Assembly (NCBI GenBank): GCA_013265495.1
Contig: MU058482.1
Location: 158,962 to 222,961, forward strand
Direction of reading: 5' to 3'
DNA: 64,000 nt
Origin: Vicugna vicugna
Lineage: Eukaryota
Part shown: piece after piece, positions 36,501-49,100 of the stretch
Numbering within the stretch: the first letter of the stretch is position 1
How the letters are laid out: each line of letters starts with the position of its first letter
Position numbers and translations under genes: made by a program
Notes under the pieces: model-generated
Seen by the model: the letters and a program-made list of their open reading frames with translations, nothing else
Told to the model about the DNA's origin: nothing
Databases searched by the model: none

Positions 36501-38796
36501 CTGTCTGCTCAGAAAACTTACCTCAACTTAAGTACCCTTATCTCAGTAGGGCAGCCATACATGTAAGAGAGCAGGGCAATCATCAGCAATCCGTCTTGCT
36601 GATTGGGAACAGAGTGGGATAGCAATGTGTATAAGGGAGCAGGACAATTAAATGGAAAAAGAGGGACTGGGGCCGTGAATCTGAGAGTGAAGGAAGGGAA
36701 GATGACCAAATACCACCTCATGCAGTGGATCTGTTGTGATATCCGCTACCTGGACGTCAGTATCTTGGGCAAGTTTGCAGTTGTGATGGCTGACCCACCC
36801 TGGGATATTCACATGGAGCTGCCCTATGGGACCCTGACAGATGATGAGATGCGCAGGCTCAACATACCAGTACTGCAGGATGATGGCTTTCTCTTCCTCT
36901 GGGTCACAGGCAGGTAATGCAGTTCAAAGATATGTAGGTATGGGCAGGTATAGTACAGAGTAAGTACTGGGTGGGTAAAATCCTGGGTTTTCCTAGCCCT
37001 GCTGTTAAATGTCTGACTGAGCCAGCCTTTTTTACCTACTGAAATCTAATGCCTGTTTATAACATAAAATGATACCATGAATTCTGTTTAACTCTACATT
37101 TGTTCCTTGTGAAAGGTAAGGTCACTGAGAATAGATACTGTGTTTTCTTTTCATTCTTGGAGCCATCCTATTGCCCTAATGGTGTCTTGCATGTAAACGT
37201 TCACTGAATGTCTACTGAAAACAACACATGTATCTTGGGAGAGAAAAAATACGGGCATGGAAATAGCTGTTTAACCCTTCTTTCTTTCTAGGGCGATGGA
37301 GTTGGGGAGAGAATGTCTGAACCTCTGGGGGTAAGTAGTTACCACTTTTTTTTTTTTTTTGAGGGAAATAAATACATAATTACTGTAGTTGATATGTGTT
37401 CCCTCCTTCCAGCTCATTCTCTGTAGAATAGATGGTGCCATCCCTAAGCTGTGAAAGCCTGATTAAGGCTCTGATTCCCCTTCTTATGCCCCACAGTTAT
37501 GAACGGGTAGATGAAATTATCTGGGTGAAGACAAACCAACTGCAGCGCATCATTCGGACAGGCCGCACAGGCCACTGGTTGAACCATGGGAAGGAGCACT
37601 GCTTGGTGAGCAGCAGTGGGGCCCAATTCAATAGGTGGAGCGAAAAATAGGAATTGTTTGATTGCTTGTTGAGAAATAGTTCAAATGTGGGGTTTCATAA
37701 AGTAATTTGTTCTCTGGTGAGCAGGTTGGTGTCAAAGGAAATCCCCAAGGCTTCAACCAGGGTCTGGATTGTGATGTGATCGTAGCGGAGGTATGTGCTT
37801 TCCCCAGGCATCCGGAGGGCCACATTTTAAAACTGCTATCAGTTATTCAAGTCAGGTCTATTCTTATCCCATGTTCTTTCATTTGGATCACAAACTTAAA
37901 TGGAAAGAGCTAGAATTGCAATCTTGAGTAACTTAAAAGTAGCTAGAGCTTTTATTTCCTAGGTTCGTTCCACTAGTCATAAACCAGATGAAATCTATGG
38001 CATGATTGAGAGACTGTCCCCTGGCACTCGCAAGATTGAGTTATTTGGACGACCACACAATGTGCAACCTAACTGGTAAGGTGGCAGAGAACCTGCTAGC
38101 CCCCAGTGGCAAAACTGTTCACGGCCAAGGACAGCAGTTAGTAGAGCTTCACCTCACATTCCGCTAGTCTACAAATGGGCTTCAGAGGATTCTTAAGCCA
38201 CCAACATTCACTGGACACCCAGCAGGTTTTAGGATTTAATCTACTGCTCTTTAGGTCTCCATGTTACAACCTAAAGGTCCTTGTTATTTTATGGGATGTA
38301 TTTAATCTGCCCCCTGGTGGTTACTGAGAATCTAATACATCAACAATTTCAGTATCTTTCATCATGTTAGTGAGCTTTAAAAGATGTGCTTTTAGCATTT
38401 CACTAATCCAGGTAACACTGGCGGCAGTAACTTTGTGAAGTAGGGCTAGTTAGCCACCAGTTATTAACGCTTAACTAGTACAGATCCAGCCTCAACACTG
38501 GAATCTGTGCCCAGTTTCTGACCAGCCGTACCACCATATACTATTCTAATACTAAGATCTAAGAATTGGAACGAGTATTTGATGAGATGATACGCAGTCT
38601 TAATGAAAAGTACGTATGTTTTAACAGTATTAAGCCTTTAAATTCCAGGATTTTTGGTTTGCCCCTTCTCTCCCCTTGCTTCAGGATCACCCTTGGAAAC
38701 CAACTGGATGGGATCCACCTACTAGACCCAGACGTGGTTGCTCGGTTCAAGCAAAGGTATCCAGATGGTATCATCTCTAAACCTAAGAACCTATAG
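27162..38796 (+). CDS. METTL3: N6-adenosine methyltransferase catalytic subunit, 580 aa; join(27162..27261,33838..34055,34165..34569,35512..35687,36280..36496,36726..36913,37292..37330,37497..37605,37725..37790,37963..38075,38685..38796)
   Basis: All introns GT-AG with consistent phases; total 1743 nt = 580 aa plus stop. Contains [15 protein letters not shown], two CCCH fingers, the MT-A70 catalytic DPPW (36792-36803) and C-terminal ISKPKNL*. Confidence 0.98.
29011..29480 (-). mobile_element. Two nested young L1 3' ends (inner copy 29032-29270)
   Basis: Both match the 3737-3998 and 51374-51530 L1 tails; inner TSD ttttaatatgtttt. Confidence 0.75.
29528..29651 (-). mobile_element. tRNA-derived SINE (same family)
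   Basis: Reverse complement of the same consensus (ggggattgaacccagg ... gagctatac). Confidence 0.85.
29880..30470 (-). mobile_element. Old L1M (L1MB-like) fragment
   Basis: Minus-strand translation [19 protein letters not shown]...W resembles the L1 ORF2 C-terminus. Confidence 0.8.
32040..32985 (+). mobile_element. L1M fragment (ORF2 end plus 3' UTR)
   Basis: [16 protein letters not shown]...VRMAVIKK L1 ORF2 motif; ends with ctcaataaag and an A-rich tail. Confidence 0.85.
33838..34055 (+). CDS. METTL3: METTL3 exon 2
   Basis: ctcctag|AT CTT CGG ... ATC TCC ACG|gtaatg; [11 protein letters not shown]...AIST. Confidence 0.95.
34165..34569 (+). CDS. METTL3: METTL3 exon 3
   Basis: ttag|CCA GAT ... 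AAG AAG|gtaggg; includes NLS-like KKSRKH. Confidence 0.95.
34676..34882. mobile_element. MER20-like hAT DNA transposon
   Basis: Terminal inverted repeats cagtggttctcaac / gttgagaaactctg; internal ggacatttggca...ggttgtcacaac...gggatgctg. Confidence 0.7.
35512..35687 (+). CDS. METTL3: METTL3 exon 4 (CCCH finger 1)
   Basis: cacag|GTT AGT CAG ... CAC TTC AG|gtctct (weak donor). Confidence 0.93.
36280..36496 (+). CDS. METTL3: METTL3 exon 5 (CCCH finger 2)
   Basis: ccccag|A CGA ATC ... CCT CAG|gtacct. Confidence 0.95.
36726..36913 (+). CDS. METTL3: METTL3 exon 6 (catalytic DPPW)
   Basis: tgcag|TGG ATC TGT ... GGC AG|gtaatg; [12 protein letters not shown]. Confidence 0.95.
37292..37330 (+). CDS. 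METTL3: METTL3 exon 7 (39 nt)
   Basis: ttctag|G GCG ATG GAG ... TGG GG|gtaagt; [13 protein letters not shown]. Confidence 0.93.
37497..37605 (+). CDS. METTL3: METTL3 exon 8
   Basis: cacag|T TAT GAA ... TGC TTG|gtgagc; [36 protein letters not shown]. Confidence 0.95.
37725..37790 (+). CDS. METTL3: METTL3 exon 9
   Basis: gagcag|GTT GGT GTC ... GCG GAG|gtatgt. Confidence 0.93.
37963..38075 (+). CDS. METTL3: METTL3 exon 10
   Basis: cctag|GTT CGT TCC ... AAC TG|gtaagg; [38 protein letters not shown]. Confidence 0.95.
38307..38320 (-). promoter_or_regulatory. Consensus CTCF motif (CCACCAGGGGGCAG) in METTL3 intron 10
   Basis: Plus strand reads ctgccccctggtgg, matching the CTCF core CCASYAGRKGGCRS. 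Confidence 0.55.
38685..38796 (+). CDS. METTL3: METTL3 exon 11 (last coding exon)
   Basis: ttcag|G ATC ACC CTT GGA AAC ... AAC CTA TAG. Confidence 0.95.
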
Positions 38797-38886
38797 AAGT
38801 ACTTCTACACAGACGTCTGCAGCCCTGGCTCTGCAGGCCACACTTGGAGTAATATTTGTACAGTAGCTTTTTTTTCCCCTTATTTA

Positions 38887-38892
38887 AATAAA
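38887..38892 (+). terminator. METTL3: METTL3 polyadenylation signal AATAAA
   Basis: AATAAA 90 nt after the stop, followed by U/GU-rich sequence. Confidence 0.75.
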
Positions 38893-40091
38893 AATTTGTA
38901 TTGTAGTTGGGATTTCAAGGTCAAGTTCCGGCTCTGCCACTTAACAGTGTGTGATCTTGTGTAATTCATCTCTCAGTATGATTGCTTTTATATGAATTGG
39001 GAATATTGCCTATCTCACTGGGTTGCTATAATGGTTCAAAATTAAATGAATGCGTGGAAAGCATTAAAATATTGATTGTACTATACAGGATCAAAGTGAT
39101 TAGCAATTAGTGCTAGTAAACACGATTATCAGTAAGGGGTTCTCTGGGACAACATTTCTAGGTAAGACTTGAGTTTCTCTTAAGAGTACCATTACTAGGG
39201 CTACCATGTGCTAGATAGTTGCTTACTCCTTTACGACTGTATGGCTTTGCTAGCCTGTTGTTTCCAGAGAAAAATGAAATAAAGCACACCTTGGACTAAA
39301 TTTAAGTAAGTGCCCAGGGCATGCAGGGAATTAGCTTATACATTATATAAATGAAAACACGTCTGGCCTGTCTTTTAAAAGGCACTTCATCAAACACAAG
39401 TGAACACAACTTCTTTAGACTTTGGTGAAACCTCTTGTATTAAGGACGTAGCAGTTCTGCCTTTTTACACTCATATACCGTGATAACTGAGATAAGGAAG
39501 GACGCTAACTTACAGAAGTATTTGCAAGGAGATAATAAATAAGGAGCCCCTGGGTTATGTTATTTTTCTTTACAGCCCAGTGTGCTTACTGTGTTGGAAA
39601 TCTTTGTTCTCAAAGATGTACCGATGTGATAGTAGTAGTTTCCTGTTTAAGAGGTAACTTTTAATGCGACCTTTTAGCCGCTTTAAAACAGATGCACACA
39701 GTGTTTTCTCCTAGGCTCAAAGGTAAGTACTCTCCTATCATTTTAATAATCTTTCAGGCAAGTCCTGTGACAATTATACCAACAAGTTTCCTCAAACAAC
39801 CCCCTACCCCCGACCACCACCCCTATGTTCTGTTTGTCCATATTCCCTTCACCAACTTCCTCTGTTATCACTGGTATTTGTACTTGAAAGTAAAAAGCAA
39901 TCCCAGATTACAGCAAACTCGATGGCCCTACTCCACAGCCTGGCCCCTGATGGAGAGAGAGAGAAGGGGAGAAGCATGAAGGACCATCCAGAGATCAGGC
40001 ACTACCAGAAGCCCAACTTGTCTTTCACCAACAGGCTTGGTGGACATGTCCCCAGCAGATGAGTCTTCACTGGCTTGGAGAACAGGAAGGA

Positions 40092-40152
40092 CTATTTCAC
40101 AAACACCACTGTGTTTGAATTTCTAGAGGCTACCCAGGCCAAGAAGACATCC
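40092..40152 (-). CDS. TOX4: TOX4 exon 9 (last coding exon)
   Basis: [19 protein letters not shown] ending in TAG. Confidence 0.93.
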
Positions 40153-43100
40153 CTAGGAGAGAAAAAGATACACACAAACTTAGAATTACAGCCTAGATAT
40201 TCTTTTTAAACTGTTAAATAGGTTGACATAATTTCCTGTAGCATCAAGGCAAGATGATATTACTCAAGAGGAATATAAGGGCAATGGGCTTAAAAGACAG
40301 GTATAAGCAGTCCTAATTTACTTAAGAGGATTTGAGATAGGAAATACCAGTGCCTTGTTTCATTGATGTAAGTACATTCCAGGAAGACTTGGGGAGATGG
40401 ACAAAATCTTCAGAACTTCTTTCCTTTCCTCCCACACTTAGCACCTTACTGTGCTACCTACCACTTACCCATTCCTCCTCAAATTTGCATTCCCAAAGTG
40501 GTCTGATTTGCACAAAGGAGATAAGCTAATATTTACAGTCACCAGTGGCTTAATACGTCATCAGATTTTTAAAGAGCATACACAGAGGTAGTGTGGTAAC
40601 TGAAAAGTATGTAACTGCTAATTATGTCATCTTTATGTGGCAAGCGTAAGCTCTTTTTAAGCAGGGAAACTTCCAGTAACCTCTACAGGCAGACATATAT
40701 AGCAACCTACTCTACCTAAGGTAAGGTGATACTGGTATTTTCAGAGTTACTGTGTTTTCCAGCACAGTTAATTCAGCCACACCTGAATTAAACGGGGAAC
40801 TGTAAGCTCACCTGCAGTGCTTCACCACGCACTCATTGCTGCAGTACTCATTGTCCCAGTCCTTACTCACGACGGGAGGGTTCTCACAGCCGGACCTCAC
40901 ACATCGAGGCTGGGGTGAGAGTGTCACAGGAGACCCACTCACCAATTCAACATCCATTTGAGAAGGAGACTCAACCTACGGGAAGAAAGCACCAAAGACG
41001 GATCAGATTGCTACCTAGCTAGCTGGCCAGCTAGTCAAAGTAACTTCGGGGTCCAGTGGAGCAACAGATGTTACAACCCCTCACAGATGAGGGTAAAGTT
41101 TCCAAATGAAGGTGAGTTCTTGGTCTCCTCTATATCCCGCTTCAGAGTTTTGTCATGCAGACTAATAAGAAGACTATTCTTCCCAAAGGAATGCTAGCCA
41201 TAATGCTAGTATTTAATTTTAATTTTACCATCACTGACTTTATCCCACACTTGAATAATATTCCTCCGATAATATCAAATGTAGAATATGAGTCAAGGTT
41301 GAGTCACCTCAACAAAGATTAGAGGGGCTAAGAGAAGATAAAATGTGGTGCCATTAGAAAAAGGGGGGAAAAAACTTGGGAGATTCAAAGTTTCCTGATT
41401 TTGCAGGGTGGGGTGTGTTTATTTTTCTTCAAAATGATTGCTTCATTAATTGTGGAGTTAGAGTCACAAACCCGTATTTTAAAATGACTGCTGGTCACGT
41501 ACATGTTAAAACTAGGGTCAATGATACGAACCAAATGAATTTTTCTACCTATATCCCCTACCCATCTCCTTACTTCAAACATCAAGCCCAGCAGTCAGGG
41601 TTTGGGAGAAATGGAAGGATTTATCTCCAAAGCTTTGGATCCTTGCGCAGACATCTCTGAGAAATAACTCCATGCTTAGGCTGTATCTTCTCTAGCTGAA
41701 CTACTGTATTCTGCTTAGTTAAGGAGCACATTGGGATAGGAGGCCCTCATGTTTCTCACCAAGAACACTACAAAGTATCTTGGGTGGGCCAAGTCAGTTG
41801 TAGGGAACAGTCCTCTAGAGTGTTTCATACTCCTGGCTGCCAGACATTAAATGCTAGTAGCAACCCTCGCTTTTATTAGATGAACTGAAAATGCTCATAC
41901 ATTTTCACTGGTCTAAAGGAAATACTTGAAAAGAGAGGCTCACCTCAGGAACCACGTCTGTGATCATCTCACAGATTGTCTCAGGAGAGGTTTCCTCCAC
42001 TGTGTGGGCATCAGGGCTGCTGTTCATAGGCTGCTCAGGACTGCTTTCTACAGCTGGTGGAACTAAGGTCGTCTGCATTTTCAGAGTGGGTGGAGGTACG
42101 ATTTTGACCTGCAGTGGAGGTGGCTGTTGCTGTAAATTGATTCGAAACTTCTGAGGTGGAGGCTGCTGCATGGCCTGGAGTGGAGGAGGCTGCTGCAGAA
42201 TGGTCACTTGCTGCTGAGTGGGGGGCTGAGGCATCTGTTGCAATGGAGGGGGCTGTAGCCGAGGTGGAGGCAGCTGCATAGACGCTGCTGCTGCTGCCGC
42301 CGCCTGCAACACTGACCGAGTGACAATCTGGGCTTGCTGACTGGGCTGGATGGTGGCTGTGCTGGTCTGGCCTAGCTGGATCCCCCGGGAGGTCACTACT
42401 GTGGCTGGGATAACAGTAACCATCCCTCCTTGAGACATGGTAATAGAAGAGGGCAACATCTGTTTGGTAATAATCAACTTGGTGATATTGGGCTGACCCC
42501 CAGCCCCAGAAGACGCCTGGTTTGCCACATAGGATGAGAGAGTGGAGTTAACAACAATGGAAGGAGACAGGGCAGGGGGCTCTGTTGAGGCTGGTGCTGG
42601 AGATGCTGGGTCTGCAGTAGCCACAGGAGGTGGAGAGGGAGTCTGTGATGGTGGCGCTGGATCCAATTCCACTGTTTCCACAGTGGCCTAAAAGAAGACC
42701 AAAAAAAAAGAAAAGTAATTGGGAGATCTATTCTCTTCCCAGGACATATTCACTCATAATCACCTCCTAAGAAAAGATACATCACACACTGGGGAGGCAT
42801 GGGGAGGAGGTAGGAGAAAGAGAAAGAACTACCTGGCTAAAGTAAACAATGGAAATAAACCCAGAAAGATAGATTGTTTGGCAAAGTTTATGATGGAAAC
42901 AATGAGAAACCTATTATATACTTACAAGCTTTGGATACTACACAGTATTAATTAATAGGTTCCATGGTTTTTGGTAATTACTTCTTAAAATTGCTAATAA
43001 AGAGCTCAAAAAATTTTTATGGGTTTAAATATCCACCTACTGTAACCCTCTTACCTGACACTCTTGATTGTCTTTATAAGCAGCCAGAGCCTTCAGATAC

Positions 43101-46100
43101 TCTTTCTTGGCAGCTTCAGTTTTCCTCTTATACACCTGCATGAAAGAGAGACTGCTTAGAAAGTCCTCACACTCCTGGAAAAGACTGTTAATATTATTTA
43201 TTCATCAATAAAAGACAATTAATCTCAGTCTACATACTGACAACTCTTCTTAGTTGAATGCATTTCTGAAAGCTAAACAAGACAGCCACCATGGCAGACT
43301 TTCCAGTGCCATCTATCTGAAAGCCAACGAATCAACAAGCTTGCAGAATAACTACACTTCTAAAGCTAACCCCAGAACTATAAGATCAGCAGTCTGCTTA
43401 GCTTGGGACTCTGTCTAACCAGTATACTCTTCCTTAAGGAATGCAGTAAACTGTCCACAGTAATGGCCATGAGATTTCCTCCTGTGTTGCATACCTAGTC
43501 TTCTATCAACAGCTACAACTTATTTCCACTTCCTAGCTCTGTGAATTACTTTAGCCATTAGAATGTGGCTGAACTGACACAAAGAGAACTTGGGGGTACC
43601 TATTTTTGTTCTCTTGGAACACTGCTCTAAGTATGCCATACTGTAAAGAAGCCAGTCTAGCCTATTTGGAGGATGAGAGACCACATGAAGAGAACCAGGG
43701 CATCTCAGCCAACAGGTAGCACCAAAACTGCCAGACATGGGAGCAAGGTCATCTAGACCAGCCATACCAGCCATCTTTTGAGTACAACTGCAGGAATGAG
43801 TCCATGCAAGAACACCAGGAAAACCACCCAACCGATTTACAGAATCATAGGGAACAATAAACTGCTGCCGTCTTAAGCCATTAAATTTGTGTTGGTTTAT
43901 TAAGCAGCAACAGATAACTGATACAAATTATCTATAATAAATTCAACATTTTGTGTTAATTACTAAGTAGCAGATTTACTTTGACCTAAGACCTGAGGCG
44001 TCTAGGGTAATGATTAACTATAGCCATCTTCAATTTCAACTGTAATTTATATTTACGTAGTTTCACAACTTTCATTTATTTGTTTAATCCAGATTAAATT
44101 TAGTGAGATTAACTATAGTTTTCAAGTCTATATGAGGCCAATGAGAAAACCCTAAACCAAATCCTAAATCCAACCTTGGTTGTAGATTTTAAAGTTAGCG
44201 AGAGCATACAGCTTACCAAAGAACAGCCTGATTTTACAGATAGAAAAAAAAAATAAGGCTTAGAAGAGTTAGATTCAGTGTTTTTATAATAATTACTAAT
44301 TACCTGTTTTTGTTCCTCTCCAAGACTGTCCCACATGGAAGCCACAATTTTTGAAACCTCTCCAAAAGTGGCATTGGGATTCTGTCCCTTGATGGCGGCC
44401 TGTGTATCACGAAAGAATAAGGCATATGCTGAAACTGGTTTTTGAGGTTCATTAGGATCTTTCTTTTTTCTCTTCTTTGGGGCCTTCTGCTTTTTCCCTG
44501 CTTCCACCACAACTGTCTTCTGGCTGGGAAGTTGCTGTTGGGGAGAAAAAAAGAGAATTACAAGAAGGGAAGTATGTCTGAAGAACTGTAAGAAAAGGAC
44601 TTTTATGGGGGAAACTACTCACATGAATGGAATTTTCAGAAATGCTAAAAATGGTTAAGACATGAGGACCAATAAGAGTGGGGATTGGAAGGAGCATTAT
44701 AAATGTAAATCGAGAGGCAGGACCCCATGCCCAGAAAAAAGCAGGGAAGCTGGCAGGGCAGAAGTAAAGAATACTCAGTAGGATCTGTATGTCGAGTTTA
44801 ATCACAGGATAACATGGCAGATTTGATTTTGGCAGGGAATGACTCACCCTCCGGAATTCCTCAACACCATCCTCATGAAGTGAACTAGTAGGTGAAGGGG
44901 TGGTTGAAAGCCGATCCTCAGGTGACTGGGCAGGTGGCAGGATGGTGCCACCCCCTAAGCTCAAACCAAGTTGAGAACTCAGTTCTGACTGATCAATGGT
45001 GGTCAGCTGGCTATGCCCCATCAATCCAGATGTCATGTCTGTCATTGGTACATCAATTGTAACAGGTGGATTGGCACTATACTGAGTTCCTATAGAATGA
45101 TCCAAGTCCTGAGAGAAGCAGAAGGGCTAATTAAACACAAAATATAAAAAACACCATTCTCCACCCTACCCCCTGAATTCAGGACAGTTTATAAACCCCC
45201 TGCTTATCCAGAGTGTATCACTGTTTAAACAAACATCAATTACTTTGTGTACATATAAAACATATTAAGCTCTTTAATAAAGTACAGAAATTAGTAAAAA
45301 GTCACTTTGTACTCAAAGGCTTACTCCAAAATAATTAAAAATAATCAGAAGTCTTAATTTTGGACAAATTAATTTAAAGAGCAAGTAAGTTATTCAGTAA
45401 CCTCGAGGTAGTAATGACACACAGGGTAAAGAAAAACTTCCCTCTTGTACCCTCCTAAAATTAACGGCTGTTAGAAAGTTGCAATACACAGGGAATCAGG
45501 TAAATAAGGCCACTGTTAGAGATGTCTGGCATCAAGTACAGTGTGTGAAGGTGTGCCACTGAGGAGATGTGCTGGAAGCCCAATACGCTGATTTGTAACA
45601 CATACCAATCCACAATTAATACTTTCGGTTCAGACAGTTTTTTGAATACACCCCTCAACATGCGAGTTATTATACTTCCATTTAAATGCTAGAATGTGAA
45701 AATCATAATAGTAGGGAAAATAAACAAAAAAATCCCAACAAATCATTTTCACTTCAAGGTCAACACTGGTCATTTTACCATTTTAAAACATTTTTTCAAG
45801 TAAAATTGATTTAGATGATAAACATGATTTATTCAGAGGAACTGAGGTTTTTGTTGATGAGCCTTTAGCCACAAGAATGAGAAGTAAGTAATACCTAAGT
45901 GTAGCAGGGACTAGAGAGTCACTTTTGTCTCCCCTAACACTATGCCCATGAGCTTGGGTAAGTCTGATAATGTCTTGCCCCTTACCATGGTCAAGCCCCC
46001 ACTCAGGAGCCCCCCGCCCTGCTCCATCAAGCCATGGGTCATGCCCACTGGCATGTCCAATGTCTGGACCCCATACTGGGCTGAGAAGCTGCCATCCTGA

Positions 46101-49100
46101 GAGGAGGAAGGGTCTGCCAGGTCATCAAAGTGGCCAACCACATCTGAGACGGCCAGTGAGGGATCAGAATCCAAGGAGATAGGTGGGATTTCAAATTCCT
46201 CATCACCCAAGCTTGGTGTATGGAACGTCTGTAGGGGGAAAAAGGGAAAAAGAATTAGTGGGAAGAGGAGGAACCGCATACTGCTAAGTGTAGAACATGG
46301 CTGAATACTGGAGATTCTCAGTGCACCTCTTTTCAGCCACTATCTCATTTTTGTTATCAATTTGTTAGGACCTATTTAATTTTACAAATACACCTCCTTT
46401 CTTCCTTATACCCTTAGTCATATGGCACATACAAGGCTGCCAATCTTGTATCCAATCAACCAGTTCTCAATTCTTTTATCTCTTTTCCACCTTTACCATC
46501 TTGGTTGCCCTAAACTATTTAGCCTATTGGTCTAATGAATGATTCTTTCAGCACCCTTAGTAAGGACCCAGTACCTGCTTAGCCGTGATGCTTAAAATCT
46601 CTCTAATAAAGATTCTAATAGCAGTTATTTTATAATTATTACATCTAAACTATTAGACCACAGAAACACAATGTTAACTAGACAATTATACTTTGACTAT
46701 TGTTTTATGTTCCTTTGAAGCAGATCCTAAAAGGTACTTTCGTGGGAATCTTATGCCCCTCTAAAATAAATACGCTTAAGAGTTTCCTACCTCTTCTCCA
46801 TTTTAGAAATCATGATGCTAACGACAAATGAAATTCCCATTTGTACAAGATTTTGGGAAAAACCAGCAATGCCAAGACAAGGATAACAGTGAGGAGAAAA
46901 ACCTTCATAAGAGACATAGCCAGAAGACAAACTGGTTCTTTAACAGTTCACACTTTCCTAGCCTTGGTCTGAACAAGCCTTTCTCCAAGAAAAGAAGATT
47001 ACTCCAGCTGGAAGACCCAATCCCTTCCTCTGAGTCCAACTACAATTATAACCTACTCTTTCTATTCTGAATGAGGCCACCCTTCATGGAGCTACCAGAC
47101 CAATATCTGGCCTACGATATACTAAATGCTATGGTTCCTTTGACACCAAAAACTAAAATGGCAGCATCTGCAGCAATAGAGCATTAATAATAGCAAGAGA
47201 CTTTGGTATCAGAGAGATCTGGGTTCAAATCCCATCTCTGGACTTACTGTATGACCTTGAATGGGTCTTCCTCATCTATAAAATGGGAGTTGTATTGGTC
47301 ATCTCCTTATATGGTTATGAGGATTAATGGGATTTAGTACACAAAAACTTATCACATGGCCTGATACGGCCATATATAATTGCTTAATAATGGTTATTAA
47401 CCACTGTTATTAGTGATAATATCCTAATTATTATTAAGTTGCCACTTGCCCCAACCATCATAGATTGTTGTTATCTTAGAAACATTAAATTCTATCAACC
47501 TGTCCCATGGCACAGTAAATGTCAATTGATTCAGATCAAATTCAACAAGTTCCTCAAGATTTTTCCAGACCCAGAAAGGGATCTCACTAATATAACTATT
47601 TTTAATTTTGCTAGAAAGAATAGTTGCAACCAGTAAAACTAGGGGAAAAAAGAGTACATCTGTGAAATGCCCAATTTCTTTGAATCACATTGAAAACATA
47701 AAAGTTTGCTAGAAGACAAAAAGATATGTATATAGCTTCACTTCTATATTTTCCTCCTCCGAAAGTCTTACTATGTCACTTAGCATGGTAAAAATTTGGG
47801 ATATAACATGAGAGGAGCATTAGGAGCATAGGGGCAGACAATTTCTGAGGAAAAACTAAAACTCTCCCCTAAAACCGAACTTTTTCTCAGTACAAAACTC
47901 ATAATTTTTGTTACTGTGTGGAAGTTCTTAACTCCAGGCCCATGACACTTTCTGAAATTTCAGTTTAAGTTCATATGGACATTTTTCAGGAAGATAGTAC
48001 AAACATTTTTACCAAATTCTCATGCAAACAAAGTGACAGGGACAGGAAAAAGGATCAGGGAAACATTTACTGCACTAGATTAACAGTTGCATAATAGTGG
48101 TTTCCAGTTTTTTAAAAAAGACACAGGTTGCTTTGGTAAAGCAAAAGACGCCTATCCTTTTCTGCTTACCACAACACATAAATAAGCAACTCTGCTGAGA
48201 TATGAAAATGATACTACTCGTTAATGAGAACTGACAAAGAATAAAAATTCATATCCAAAACAAAAGACCAGTGTTCTACAAAAGGACTAGCCCTCATAAA
48301 CCATGTGGAGTGCTCTCCTGGACTACACTAAAAAGCCAGACAAGCAGAGATTCCATTGTATTGAATTAACAAGGCATTCTTTCTATGCACCACCCTCTGG
48401 AATGTGGAAACAGCTTTGTTATTTAGTATCGGTGGCTTTAATGGTGTTTTGGGGGGAGGTTTCTTTTATTTATTTGTTTCTTCCTTTAAAAAAGAAGAGT
48501 AAAATAATGGCAATGCTCAAGAATACAGAAGAGTAAATCACATGCTAGAATAGAGATTCACTCTAAGTCTTTTACCACCACAAACGATCTGTAAGATTAA
48601 GGGTAAAATTCAGTAATTAATATCTAAAGTTATTTTAGTGAATTTACTACATAACCAAATCATACTCTAGACTGTCAAATATAAAATAAAGGTAAAACTA
48701 TAGCAACTATTAAAGTAAAAATAAAGGATTTCAACACAAAGGGAGAAAATGGGAAGATGCTGCTGCTACCTTCTCCCTAGGTGCTCGTTTCCTTCTCTGT
48801 TTAATTTCTGGGCCTTGTTTAGGGAGGAAGCAGTTTGGGAATTAGTTTATAAACAAAGATGCTTGGCTATTGAGAGAGCAAAGAAATAAAAAATACCATT
48901 TTCCCACCTTTTCACATTCTTCCATATCAAAACATACAATTCAGCATTTCTTTCTTCTTTTTTTTTTTTTAACAAAAGCTCTCACATATTTATGACTGAG
49001 CAAAAGCAACAGAGCACAGACATGGCCACAAAGAGAAACCCCATATTCCCAAACATATCCAGCTGTTCATGCAACAGTACTATCTTCAGAGTGATACGGT

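Noticed and set aside
38566..38684. In-frame upstream extension of METTL3 exon 11, and a TGATGA C-box-like motif suggesting a snoRNA
   Set aside because: No convincing upstream acceptor, and no D box or terminal stem at a suitable distance.
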